Virus record (IMG/VR): IMGVR_UViG_3300042467_002820
Reading direction: 5' to 3' (one strand)
From: an uncultured virus (IMG/VR IMGVR_UViG_3300042467_002820)
Lineage: Duplodnaviria > Heunggongvirae > Uroviricota > Caudoviricetes
DNA length: 20,000 bases
The notes below the pieces were generated by a model. That model saw nothing but the letters and a program-made list of their open reading frames with translations. It did not search any database and was not told the origin of the DNA. Positions within the stretch are counted from its first letter, which is position 1. Every line of letters starts with the position of its first letter. Positions 1 to 7,772 of this stretch are shown one piece after another. A program made the translations under genes and the position numbers.

Positions 1-2
1 TG

Positions 3-938
3 GCATCGCTGAACACTATCAAAGCAAACAAGGCTGGAGATACTTTTACCGGAAATGTCACGCTAGACGCTGTCAGTCTTGTTTACGACACCGGTTCGTT
101 TAACACCACAATCTCGGCAGCTACCGCCTCAGCGGCTCGCGCAATTACTTTTCCAGATCTAAGCGGCACTGTTCTTGTTAGCGGTAATGCGAATATCGTC
201 AATGCCGATGTTTCCGTTAGTGCTGCTATTGCCTACAGCAAGCTTGCGCTGACTGGCAGCGTTGTAAACGCTGACATTGGTGCTAGTGCTGCCGTCGCCT
301 ACAGCAAGTTGGCGCTAACAAATAGCATTGTCAATGCTGATATTGCGAGCAGCGCTGCTGTTGCTTACAGCAAGCTCAACCTGAGCAGCAGTATTGTCAA
401 TGCTGATATTGCTTCTGGTGCAGCGGTCGCTTACAGCAAATTGGCGCTCAGTAACAGCATTGTCAACGCCGACATTTCTTCAAGCGCTGCTATTGCCGAT
501 AGCAAACTTGCCACTATTTCTACTGCGGGCAAGGTTAGCGGTGCAGCAATTACCAGCGGTACGATTGGAGGCAGCACTGCAATTAACACTAGTGGCGCAA
601 TCGCAACATCAAGCACGCTTAATGTTACAGGTCAAACCACGCTTAAAGAAATCAAGGAAACTATTTATGACCTGACTGGTACTGCTATTGATCCCGCAAA
701 CGGAACGGTTCAGTACAAGTCATTGAGTGGTAACACTACATTCACCGAAGCACTGGAGAGCGGGCAGTCAGTATTGCTTCGGCTTGAGAACGGAAGTAGT
801 TATACGGTGACGTGGCCAACAATTACTTGGGTATCGGCGGGCGGCAATGCGGCTCCCGTACTTACCGCAAAAGATGTGCTGGTATTTTGGAAAATCAGCA
901 CAACCCTGTATGGTGCTTATGTCGGGAGTTATGTCTGA
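3..938 (+). CDS. Tail fibre/tail-associated protein, 5'-truncated by the window edge
   Basis: Frame is open from base 3 to TGA at 936-938, so the ORF track start at 309 is internal. Ser/Ala/Thr-rich with IVNAD..SAA.AYSKL repeats; C-terminal VTWP..TW...APVLT..D.LVFW block typical of phage tail proteins. Confidence 0.75.
   Translation, partial: ASLNTIKANKAGDTFTGNVTLDAVSLVYDTGSFNTTISAATASAARAITFPDLSGTVLVSGNANIVNADVSVSAAIAYSKLALTGSVVNADIGASAAVAYSKLALTNSIVNADIASSAAVAYSKLNLSSSIVNADIASGAAVAYSKLALSNSIVNADISSSAAIADSKLATISTAGKVSGAAITSGTIGGSTAINTSGAIATSSTLNVTGQTTLKEIKETIYDLTGTAIDPANGTVQYKSLSGNTTFTEALESGQSVLLRLENGSSYTVTWPTITWVSAGGNAAPVLTAKDVLVFWKISTTLYGAYVGSYV
192..521 (+). repeat. Five tandem 66-nt (22-aa) coding repeats, consensus SIVNADI.SSAAVAYSKLAL..
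   Basis: Read directly from the translation: NIVNADVSVSAAIAYSKLALTG / SVVNADIGASAAVAYSKLALTN / SIVNADIASSAAVAYSKLNLSS / SIVNADIASGAAVAYSKLALSN / SIVNADISSSAAIADSKLATIS. Confidence 0.9.
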
Positions 939-2230
939 TGATTAGTAAGCTCTTGCTGTTGGCCGCAACCGGCGAACTCACCAAAGATTATTGGATTGCA
1001 CGTCTTTCGACAGCAAGCAACGATGAATACGTTAGTGGCATAGCAGTGACCGCAAATAATGATATTTATTTTTGCGGCAGATATCCGACAAGCCCTGGTT
1101 ATGCGTTAATTGGAAAAATGGACAAAAATGCTAATCTTAGCTGGCAGCGGTCTTTGGGTTCTGGCGGATTTTACTCTTATGCCGCTGTTGGCATAGCTTT
1201 GGACAGCTCTGAAAACTCATATATCGCACTAAATGAAAGCGGAGGTGGCACACTTGCTGTTGTCTGCAGCTACTCTTCTTCCGGCTCCATTAGATGGCAG
1301 AGAAGAATTACAAATGCCTACATAAATGCTATAGCAACAAATTCAAGTGGCGATACATACATTGCCGGCTATACTGGCAGCTTTGGCGCGGAAGAAGCTT
1401 ACATAGCAAAATACAATTCGTCTGGCGTGCTGCAGTGGCAAAAAATCTTATCAATGGACGAAGGCCAAAGCTCGCTTTATAGGGCAATTACTCTTGACGC
1501 TAGCCATAATCCTGTTGTGTGCGGAAATTATGCTCCTAGCACTTTTAATCGTTTTTTAACAGTTAAATACAATTCATCTGGCGCTCTTCAGTTCCAGCGA
1601 AGTGTTCATACAACTGATGCAAACTGGACAGCAACGGCTATCGCAACAGACGCTTCTTCCAATGTATTTGTTTTTGGCAAAGGAAATGACGCGTTAGGCG
1701 CAATTAAATACACAAGCAATGGCACTTATTCGGCATCTACGATTATTAACCGAACAATTAACAGTGTTGCCGCCGCTGCAAAAGACTCTTCTGGTAATAT
1801 ATATATCGTTTCAACAGATAATATAGGTACTTATTTTTCGGGCACAGAAAGACGCAACGATTTTTATGCTGTAAAATATGACAACAGTCTTTCAGTGCAG
1901 TATCAACGTTATTTGGGTACCACAAATTCGGAAACGGCCTATGCAATAGCTGTGCAGCCATTCAGTTTGTATTTGGCAGGCGCAGCATTTACATCTTTTG
2001 TTTTTGGGCCGACCGCCCCTAATGGCTTAGTCGCTCATTTGCCATTAAATGGCTCCGGAACTGGTACGTATGGCTCGTATTACTACAACAGCGCAAGTTG
2101 GAGCACTGCGTCTATGACTCTTCTTTTTAATACAACATCAATTAGCGACAACTCGGTAACGCTTACCGAAGCCGCATCGACCCTTGCCGACTCCGCCGTT
2201 ACACTAACAGTAACGAAAACTGACGTGTAA
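938..2230 (+). CDS. Beta-propeller repeat virion protein (putative receptor-binding/tail protein)
   Basis: ATG at 938 overlaps the upstream TGA (TGATG). Repeated blades 'IA.DSS.N.YI.G...KYNSSG.LQWQ' resemble SBBP-type propeller repeats; visibly AT-richer than the downstream genes. Confidence 0.7.
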   Translation: MISKLLLLAATGELTKDYWIARLSTASNDEYVSGIAVTANNDIYFCGRYPTSPGYALIGKMDKNANLSWQRSLGSGGFYSYAAVGIALDSSENSYIALNESGGGTLAVVCSYSSSGSIRWQRRITNAYINAIATNSSGDTYIAGYTGSFGAEEAYIAKYNSSGVLQWQKILSMDEGQSSLYRAITLDASHNPVVCGNYAPSTFNRFLTVKYNSSGALQFQRSVHTTDANWTATAIATDASSNVFVFGKGNDALGAIKYTSNGTYSASTIINRTINSVAAAAKDSSGNIYIVSTDNIGTYFSGTERRNDFYAVKYDNSLSVQYQRYLGTTNSETAYAIAVQPFSLYLAGAAFTSFVFGPTAPNGLVAHLPLNGSGTGTYGSYYYNSASWSTASMTLLFNTTSISDNSVTLTEAASTLADSAVTLTVTKTDV

Positions 2231-2685
2231 TGCTCGCTTTTCTCGCTGACCCGCAAACGCCCATCGGGCGCCAGCAGCTCCAAGAGCGGTATCCGCGCGT
2301 CAGTTTTCCAGCCGACCTCGAAAAAGCTGACCTCGCCTCCTACGGCGTGATCAGCATCCGCGAAGTCCCAATGCCCGAGTGCGATTACCGCACCGAGCGC
2401 GTGGTGCAGCTTCCGGTTGAACAGGTCGAAGGCATTTGGACGCAGCGCTGGGACGTGCAGCCGCTGTCGAGCGAAGAGCAACAGATCATCGTCGACAACC
2501 ATGCCAATGGCGTCCGCCGAGAGCGCAATGCACGTCTAACCGCTTGCGACTGGACCCAGCTCCCCGATACCGGTCTCGATGCTCAAGTTCGTATCAACTG
2601 GGCGAAGTACCGCGCTGAACTGCGCAACGTTCCATCGCAAACCGGATTTCCGTGGAACGTGACTTGGCCACAGCAGCCTGAGTAA
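2230..2685 (+). CDS. Tail fibre assembly chaperone-like protein
   Basis: TAATG coupling to the upstream gene. C-terminal 'VRRERNARLTACDWTQLPD...WAKYRAELRNVPSQTGFPWNVTWPQQP' is the characteristic phage tail assembly chaperone motif. Confidence 0.8.
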   Translation: MLAFLADPQTPIGRQQLQERYPRVSFPADLEKADLASYGVISIREVPMPECDYRTERVVQLPVEQVEGIWTQRWDVQPLSSEEQQIIVDNHANGVRRERNARLTACDWTQLPDTGLDAQVRINWAKYRAELRNVPSQTGFPWNVTWPQQPE

Positions 2686-2708
2686 CCTGTACTTACGGCA
2701 CTGAAGTC

Positions 2709-3293
2709 ATGATCTACCCCGCTACCTACAACCTGACGATTCTGCAAAACGCAACTTGGAAAGGTTCGTTTCGTGCCACGCAGAACCGTCAAACGCTCAG
2801 CAGTATCAGCATTGCAGGCGGTACGCCTACTTTTAACTGTGATTGCCACGGCTTAACGGCTGGCGACAAGGTTGTATTTACAGGTGGCACCACAATTCCA
2901 TGTGGCTTGACGCTTAATACGATCTACTACGTCATCTCTGCGGGTCTTACCACAGGTGCTTTTCAAGTCAGCGCTAGCAGCGGCGGTAGCAGCATCAGCG
3001 TCACTGGCACAGCAACTGGCACGTTTTACGTCGCCGAGCCCGTCAACTTAACCAGCTACGGCATCGACGCTGACATCCGTGGATTGATCGACAACAGTTC
3101 GATTGCAACATTCACGCCATCAATTACGACTGCTGCCGATGGTTTGTTTGAATTGCTGCTGCCAAAAGAAACCGCATTGACGCTTGCAGAAGGCCGCTAC
3201 GGCTGGGATTTGTCGCTGACTACCTCCGGCGGTGAGCGTTACTATTGGCTTACAGGTGTCGCCACCGTACAGCGCACGTACTCACGGAATTGA
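2709..3293 (+). CDS. Virion structural/baseplate-like protein
   Basis: 'PATYNLTILQNATW...VNLTSY...ADIR...YGWDLSLT...YWLTG' is a BppU-N-like pattern, interrupted by an 'HGLTAGDKVVF...LTLNTIYYV...FQVS' insert. Confidence 0.55.
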   Translation: MIYPATYNLTILQNATWKGSFRATQNRQTLSSISIAGGTPTFNCDCHGLTAGDKVVFTGGTTIPCGLTLNTIYYVISAGLTTGAFQVSASSGGSSISVTGTATGTFYVAEPVNLTSYGIDADIRGLIDNSSIATFTPSITTAADGLFELLLPKETALTLAEGRYGWDLSLTTSGGERYYWLTGVATVQRTYSRN

Positions 3294-3296
3294 TCC

Positions 3297-4937
3297 ATGT
3301 CTGACGTACAAATTGCGGTTATTGACCAGCAGGATACGCAAATCGTGCTGGCGGTACCTGGCGTGCAAGGCGCTACCGGCAGCTCAATTCCATCTGGCGG
3401 CACAGCAGATCAGGTGCTGCGCAAGAACAGCAGCACCAATTACGACGCCAACTGGTCGCAGGTGACCTCGGCGATGATCGCCGATGGAACCATCGTTAAT
3501 GCAGATGTCAACAACGGCGCTGCCATCGCTGGCACCAAGATCAGCCCGGATTTTGGCGGTCAAGCTGTTACGACCACAGGTCAGGTTAATGCTGCACGTG
3601 TCAACGTCACTGCAAACACAGCACCCAGCAACGGCATTTATCTACCTGCCTCAAACACCGTAGCGGTAGCAACTAATGGCACTGGGAGGTTGTTTGTTGA
3701 TGCGAGTGGCCGCGTAGGGGTGGGCACTACGAGCCCTGCAAGCGGACGCGCGCTGACATTGGATAACGCTTCTAATTACTATGGATTAGAGTTGCAAGTA
3801 GGCGGCACAAGTATTGGAAGTTTAATCCAAGAATCAACGGGCCTTCTTTATTTGGGCACTACAACTGCAGGCGGCGCTCTTGTATTGAGAAGTGGTAATC
3901 AAGCAGAAGCCGCCCGCATCGACTCCAGCGGCAGATTAGGCATAGGGACTAGTTCGCCTGGGTTTAAACTTACAATTGAAGACAGCGCAACACCTCGAAT
4001 TAGAATTGGCGATGGTGTCAGGCATCTAAACGTAGACGGTGGTTCTGCAAGTCAAAACGCAGCTATTGGCACAGATTACAGCGGTTCGTTTGGAATCTAC
4101 ACCAATGGCGCTGCAAATACTCGTCTTCATATAACCTCGGCAGGGCTTGTAGGGATTGGCACTACTGACGCTAGAGGCGTATTGCGGCTTGCAGGTTCAT
4201 CTGCAAATGCTTTTCCAAACAACGGCGGTCTGTTGTGGCTTACCGATACGAACGCTGCAACGGACTACAAAAACTGGAGTGTAAGTTCTATCAATGGAGA
4301 CTTTGGAGTAGCAAGAGGAAGTGACGCCTTTAATACGGGTCAAAACGCATACAAGATCACTGGATCGGCGACGCAAGGATATGTAGGCGAACACATCTGG
4401 TACACAAACAATTCAAGCGAGAAAGTCCGAATCTCAAACTCGGGGCAGCTCTTGGTTGGTACGTCTAGTGCGCTTAGCGGCCCCTACTGGACCAATTTGG
4501 CAAACTTGCAGGTAGCCGGTTCGTATGGCGTCGGACATTTTGCTACTTTTGTTAATTCAACTTCTGGCGCGGGCCTGGTTTTTCAAAAGAGCAGAAATGC
4601 TTCTGTCGGTGGCAATACCATCGTCAGTAATAACGATTTATTGATGGATATTTCCATTGAAGGAAACGATGGAACAGGATTTAAGCAAGCTGCGGTGATT
4701 CAATGCCAAGTAGACGGCACCCCTGGCGCTAACGACATGCCAGGCAGATTAGTGTTCTCCGTTACTGCTGATGGGGCGTCATCACCTACCGAAGCGATGC
4801 GGATCAAGAACTCCCGCATCCTTAATTTTGCCAACACGCCCACTTATGCTGACAACACAGCAGCCAAAGCCGGTGGATTGGTAGACGGTGACGTTTATCG
4901 CAAGTCGGATGGCACCTTGATGATCGTCTACACCTGA
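3297..4937 (+). CDS. Modular tail fibre protein
   Basis: Repeated 'R(I/L)..(S/A)G.(V/L)G(I/V)GT' fibre junction motifs, an IVNAD repeat and a 'DMPGRLVFS.TADGASSPTE.MRI' block. No C-terminal S74 chaperone is evident. Confidence 0.85.
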   Translation: MSDVQIAVIDQQDTQIVLAVPGVQGATGSSIPSGGTADQVLRKNSSTNYDANWSQVTSAMIADGTIVNADVNNGAAIAGTKISPDFGGQAVTTTGQVNAARVNVTANTAPSNGIYLPASNTVAVATNGTGRLFVDASGRVGVGTTSPASGRALTLDNASNYYGLELQVGGTSIGSLIQESTGLLYLGTTTAGGALVLRSGNQAEAARIDSSGRLGIGTSSPGFKLTIEDSATPRIRIGDGVRHLNVDGGSASQNAAIGTDYSGSFGIYTNGAANTRLHITSAGLVGIGTTDARGVLRLAGSSANAFPNNGGLLWLTDTNAATDYKNWSVSSINGDFGVARGSDAFNTGQNAYKITGSATQGYVGEHIWYTNNSSEKVRISNSGQLLVGTSSALSGPYWTNLANLQVAGSYGVGHFATFVNSTSGAGLVFQKSRNASVGGNTIVSNNDLLMDISIEGNDGTGFKQAAVIQCQVDGTPGANDMPGRLVFSVTADGASSPTEAMRIKNSRILNFANTPTYADNTAAKAGGLVDGDVYRKSDGTLMIVYT

Positions 4938-5440
4938 TGCCTGCGCCAGTTAAATCGCCTGATCCAAGCGAACTCTGGTGCTGTGGCTGTCAGCAGTTTT
5001 TACCGTTTGACAGCTTCTGGCCAGATAAGCATGCAGGCGCATACCGCGTGGGTCCAGACGGCAATCGTCGCAGCGCACGTTGCAAGGAATGCCGCAACAA
5101 GGAATACATCAAGATTGACCCACGCAAAAAGCTGTTGTACAACGCAAACAACAGAGCCAAGGATCGAGGGCTTGACTGCGACTTGACCGTTGACGACATC
5201 GTGATTCCTGAACTGTGCCCTGTGCTTGGCATCCCGCTTCAAGCAACAGTCGGTCAAGGCAGGGTTTCGATGAAAGACAACTGGAACGCACCGACGTTGG
5301 ATCGCATTGATTCCAATGGTGGCTACACCAAAGGCAACGTCATGGTCATTTCGGCTAGGGCGAACTTCCTTAAGAACGACGCCACACTGGAAGAAATGCA
5401 GGCAATTCTTCGCTACATGGAGAGTCACCAGCCACGGTGA
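4937..5440 (+). CDS. HNH-family endonuclease with N-terminal Zn finger
   Basis: TGATG coupling; CxxC...CxxC, then 'CPVLGIPL...PTLDRIDSNGGYTKGNVMVISARANFLKND'. Confidence 0.8.
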   Translation: MPAPVKSPDPSELWCCGCQQFLPFDSFWPDKHAGAYRVGPDGNRRSARCKECRNKEYIKIDPRKKLLYNANNRAKDRGLDCDLTVDDIVIPELCPVLGIPLQATVGQGRVSMKDNWNAPTLDRIDSNGGYTKGNVMVISARANFLKNDATLEEMQAILRYMESHQPR

Positions 5441-5458
5441 CGAGTCCCCTTCACTTCT

Positions 5459-5608
5459 ATGTCTGACACCACTGCCTACGAGGACTACTGCGAAGCCAGC
5501 CTTGACCTGAGCAATCAGGATGATGTTGGCGAAGCTGGAGCTATTGCAGCCCTGGATTCCTTGCACGCCAACAACAGCGAAGGCTTGCAGCGTCTTGCTG
5601 ACAGCTAG
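5459..5608 (+). CDS. 49-aa acidic hypothetical protein (cassette-like)
   Basis: ATG 5459 to TAG 5606-5608 (MSDTTAYEDYCEASLDLSNQDD...), bracketed by two AGTCC..(T/G)TCACT motifs. Confidence 0.55.
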   Translation: MSDTTAYEDYCEASLDLSNQDDVGEAGAIAALDSLHANNSEGLQRLADS

Positions 5609-5626
5609 CAGTCCACGTCACTGCTG

Positions 5627-5686
5627 GGTCTTATTAAAGGCTCAGCGGTGCATGTGAATAAGGGTCGGTCTTATTAAAGGCTCAGC
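5627..5686. repeat. Perfect 20-bp direct repeat GGTCTTATTAAAGGCTCAGC, two copies with a 20-bp spacer
   Basis: Copies at 5627-5646 and 5667-5686. Confidence 0.95.
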
Positions 5687-5771
5687 ACCCTTAGCCGTAT
5701 GTCACCAGGCGGGCAACCGGCCTATTCAACTGGTTGCACAACCAATAACCTGAACCATCGCCACTTCACTC

Positions 5772-6095
5772 ATGGCCACCACCTTCACCTGGAAGATTTC
5801 TCAGCTTGAAAGGGAGACCCTGGACGGCTATGTGTTCACCGCCCACTATGTGGTGGACGCCAACGACGGCACCTACAACTCTGGGGCCTACGGGTCGCTT
5901 GGTCTAGAGCGCCCTGAAGGTGAAATGATCCCCTTCGCTGACCTGACCGAAGAGCTGGTGGTCGGCTGGGTCAAAGAGAAGCTGACCGCCGAGAAGGTGG
6001 CAGAAATCGAGGCTGCGCTGCAGGCTCAGCTCGATGAGCAACACGCACCCAGCAAGGCAGCTGGTGTTCCTTGGAATGCTGCTCAGGCCGCTTAG
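5772..6095 (+). CDS. Small acidic tail-associated hypothetical protein, paralog A
   Basis: 'TFTWKISQLERETLDGYVFTAHY...GAYGSLGLERPEG.MIPFADLT.E.VVGWVKEKL...GVPW'; clear paralog of 7123-7455. Confidence 0.8.
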   Translation: MATTFTWKISQLERETLDGYVFTAHYVVDANDGTYNSGAYGSLGLERPEGEMIPFADLTEELVVGWVKEKLTAEKVAEIEAALQAQLDEQHAPSKAAGVPWNAAQAA

Positions 6096-6193
6096 TCGCG
6101 GTATCTACGCTGCGAGCGTTGTGCTAGGCATGGAGTGGGCCAGCGCGGTTGCACCCGCCTGACCCGTGATCAGATCCAGCTGTATTGGACCCG

Positions 6194-7087
6194 ATGGCCG
6201 AAGCCTATCGCTCGCAGACCGCTGCGCCCGTTTGCGCTCACACAGTTTCCGAAGTGTGGGCGATGTTCTTGCAAGAGCGCAGCATCTCGCTCTGCCCCAC
6301 CAGCCTCACTAGCGACTACCGGCAGGTGACGAAGTGGATGGGGCGCTGCCCAATCCAAGACCTTGCCCAAGGGCGGCAGGTGTTGATCTGGGTGCTGCAG
6401 CAGAAGCCGATCCTCACCGCTAGGCGCGTGTGCATGTATGTGCGCAGCATGTACCGCTGGGCGTGCGCTGAAGACGTTGGCCTGATCAGCGGCAACCCGG
6501 TCGCCAACTTCAGGATGCCCAAGGCGCCGCAGAAAAGCTGCGAGATCACCGTGATCCCTCGGCACGAGATCGCGCTGGTGCTCACAGCACTGACTGCAAA
6601 GCTCACCTACCGCGAAGTGGATTGGTCGCTATTTGCAGAGTTCATGCTGCAGACCGCCATGCGCACTGGCGAGGTCCGGGCCATGTGCTGGGACGACATC
6701 CAAGACGGCCGAGTGCTGGTGCATCGCAACTACACGCTGACGCACGGCCTGAAGGAAAGCACGAAAACCAACAAGAAGCGGTGGGTTCCGTTGAACTCCA
6801 AGTGCAAAGCGATCTTGCAAAACCTGCCCCGTGAGGACAGGTTCGTCTTCCCGTGGAACCGCCTCGCATTTCAGAGCTACTTTCGCAAGAAGCTTGCTCC
6901 GCTACACATGGCAGGACTGATTTCCCACCTTTATCGGCCGTACGACTGTCGCCACACGGCGATCAGCCGCTGGATCGAGGCAGGAATTCCGGTGCCACAG
7001 GTGGCAGCGTGGGCAGGAAACACAAGTGAAGTTATCTTTAAGCATTACTGCAACACCACGCAGGAATACGAAATCCCTGAGCTTTGA
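6194..7087 (+). CDS. Tyrosine recombinase lacking an arm-binding domain
   Basis: ATG at 6194. Catalytic motifs 'AMRTGEV' (R), 'STKT' (K), 'PYDCRH' (YxxR variant of HxxR) and 'AGNTSEVIFKHY' (Tyr nucleophile); about 297 aa. Confidence 0.9.
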   Translation: MAEAYRSQTAAPVCAHTVSEVWAMFLQERSISLCPTSLTSDYRQVTKWMGRCPIQDLAQGRQVLIWVLQQKPILTARRVCMYVRSMYRWACAEDVGLISGNPVANFRMPKAPQKSCEITVIPRHEIALVLTALTAKLTYREVDWSLFAEFMLQTAMRTGEVRAMCWDDIQDGRVLVHRNYTLTHGLKESTKTNKKRWVPLNSKCKAILQNLPREDRFVFPWNRLAFQSYFRKKLAPLHMAGLISHLYRPYDCRHTAISRWIEAGIPVPQVAAWAGNTSEVIFKHYCNTTQEYEIPEL

Positions 7088-7122
7088 GTTCGGGGACTAA
7101 AGTGACCCAGAGGAGCAATTCC

Positions 7123-7455
7123 ATGGCCACCAAATCCACCCCCGCACCCCAGCCCGTCGTCACCTGGGACATCGCCAACCTCGAGCGTGAGGTGAGCGAC
7201 GGCTACGTCTACACCGCCCACTGGACCGTCAGCTCCACCCTTGGTGAGTTCTCTGCCGGTGCCTACGGCTCTGTCGGCCTTGAGCGTCCCGAAGGCGACC
7301 TCATCCCGTTCGACCAGCTCAGCAAGGAGCAGGTGGTCGGCTGGGTCAAGGAGAAGCTCGGTGCCGAGCAGGTCGCAGCCACCGAGGCCGCCCTCGCGTC
7401 ACAGATCGCTGAACAGCAGGCTCCCAAAAAAGCAAGCGGCCTGCCCTGGGCTTAA
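7123..7455 (+). CDS. Small tail-associated hypothetical protein, paralog B
   Basis: GAGGAG upstream of ATG 7123; 'VTWDIANLEREVSDGYVYTAHW...GAYGSVGLERPEGDLIPF...VVGWVKEKL...GLPW'. Confidence 0.8.
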   Translation: MATKSTPAPQPVVTWDIANLEREVSDGYVYTAHWTVSSTLGEFSAGAYGSVGLERPEGDLIPFDQLSKEQVVGWVKEKLGAEQVAATEAALASQIAEQQAPKKASGLPWA

Positions 7456-7480
7456 ACTCCAACCGTCCAAAGGACCGCAC

Positions 7481-7651
7481 ATGAAAGAACAGCTCGTTCA
7501 ACTCATCGACGCTTACGCTGCTGCACGCGCCAGCGGCAACGGCACCCTTCAGCAGTTCGCTGCCCAGCAACTGTCGGCCTTCTTAGAGGCCATCGAGGTG
7601 ACCGCCAAGCAGCAGGCCGCTGACGAAGAAGGCGATGGCGGTCAAGAGTAA
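7481..7651 (+). CDS. Hypothetical protein (56 aa)
   Basis: AAGGA upstream of ATG 7481; MKEQLVQLIDAYAAARASGN... Confidence 0.65.
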   Translation: MKEQLVQLIDAYAAARASGNGTLQQFAAQQLSAFLEAIEVTAKQQAADEEGDGGQE

Positions 7652-7772
7652 GACCGGCACCGCTCGCATCGAGCACCAGCCCGGCCCACACAAGACCACC
7701 CGCCAGGGGTTCGGCCAACAAAGCCGGCCCCGGCGCCGTGGAAAGAAGCCCCTCAGGGGGCAAGGCCGGTAA
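7635..7772 (+). CDS. Small highly basic protein (45 aa)
   Basis: MAVKSKTGTARIEHQPGPHKTTRQGFGQQSRPRRRGKKPLRGQGR*; the ...RGQG(R/K) end resembles small basic cyanophage proteins (from recall). Confidence 0.7.
   Translation: MAVKSKTGTARIEHQPGPHKTTRQGFGQQSRPRRRGKKPLRGQGR

Noticed and set aside
812..937. N-terminal extension of the propeller ORF given in the ORF track
   Set aside because: Overlaps the upstream gene; the TGATG-coupled ATG at 938 is the more plausible start.
5627..5686. CRISPR array
   Set aside because: Only two 20-bp repeats with one 20-bp spacer, shorter than typical CRISPR units, and no cas genes in the window; kept only as a repeat finding.
5711..5739. Canonical integron attC site (GGGCAAC...GTTGCAC)
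   Set aside because: Too short, does not fit RYYYAAC/GTTRRRY, and no IntI-specific insertion could be recognised in the recombinase.
3297..7087. Diversity-generating retroelement acting on the tail fibre
   Set aside because: No reverse transcriptase and no TR/VR pair differing at adenines is visible in the window.
3297..7087. Classical invertible tail-fibre shufflon (Gin/Cin/Rci type)
   Set aside because: No inverted silent fibre C-termini on the minus strand and no long identical inverted crossover sites were seen.
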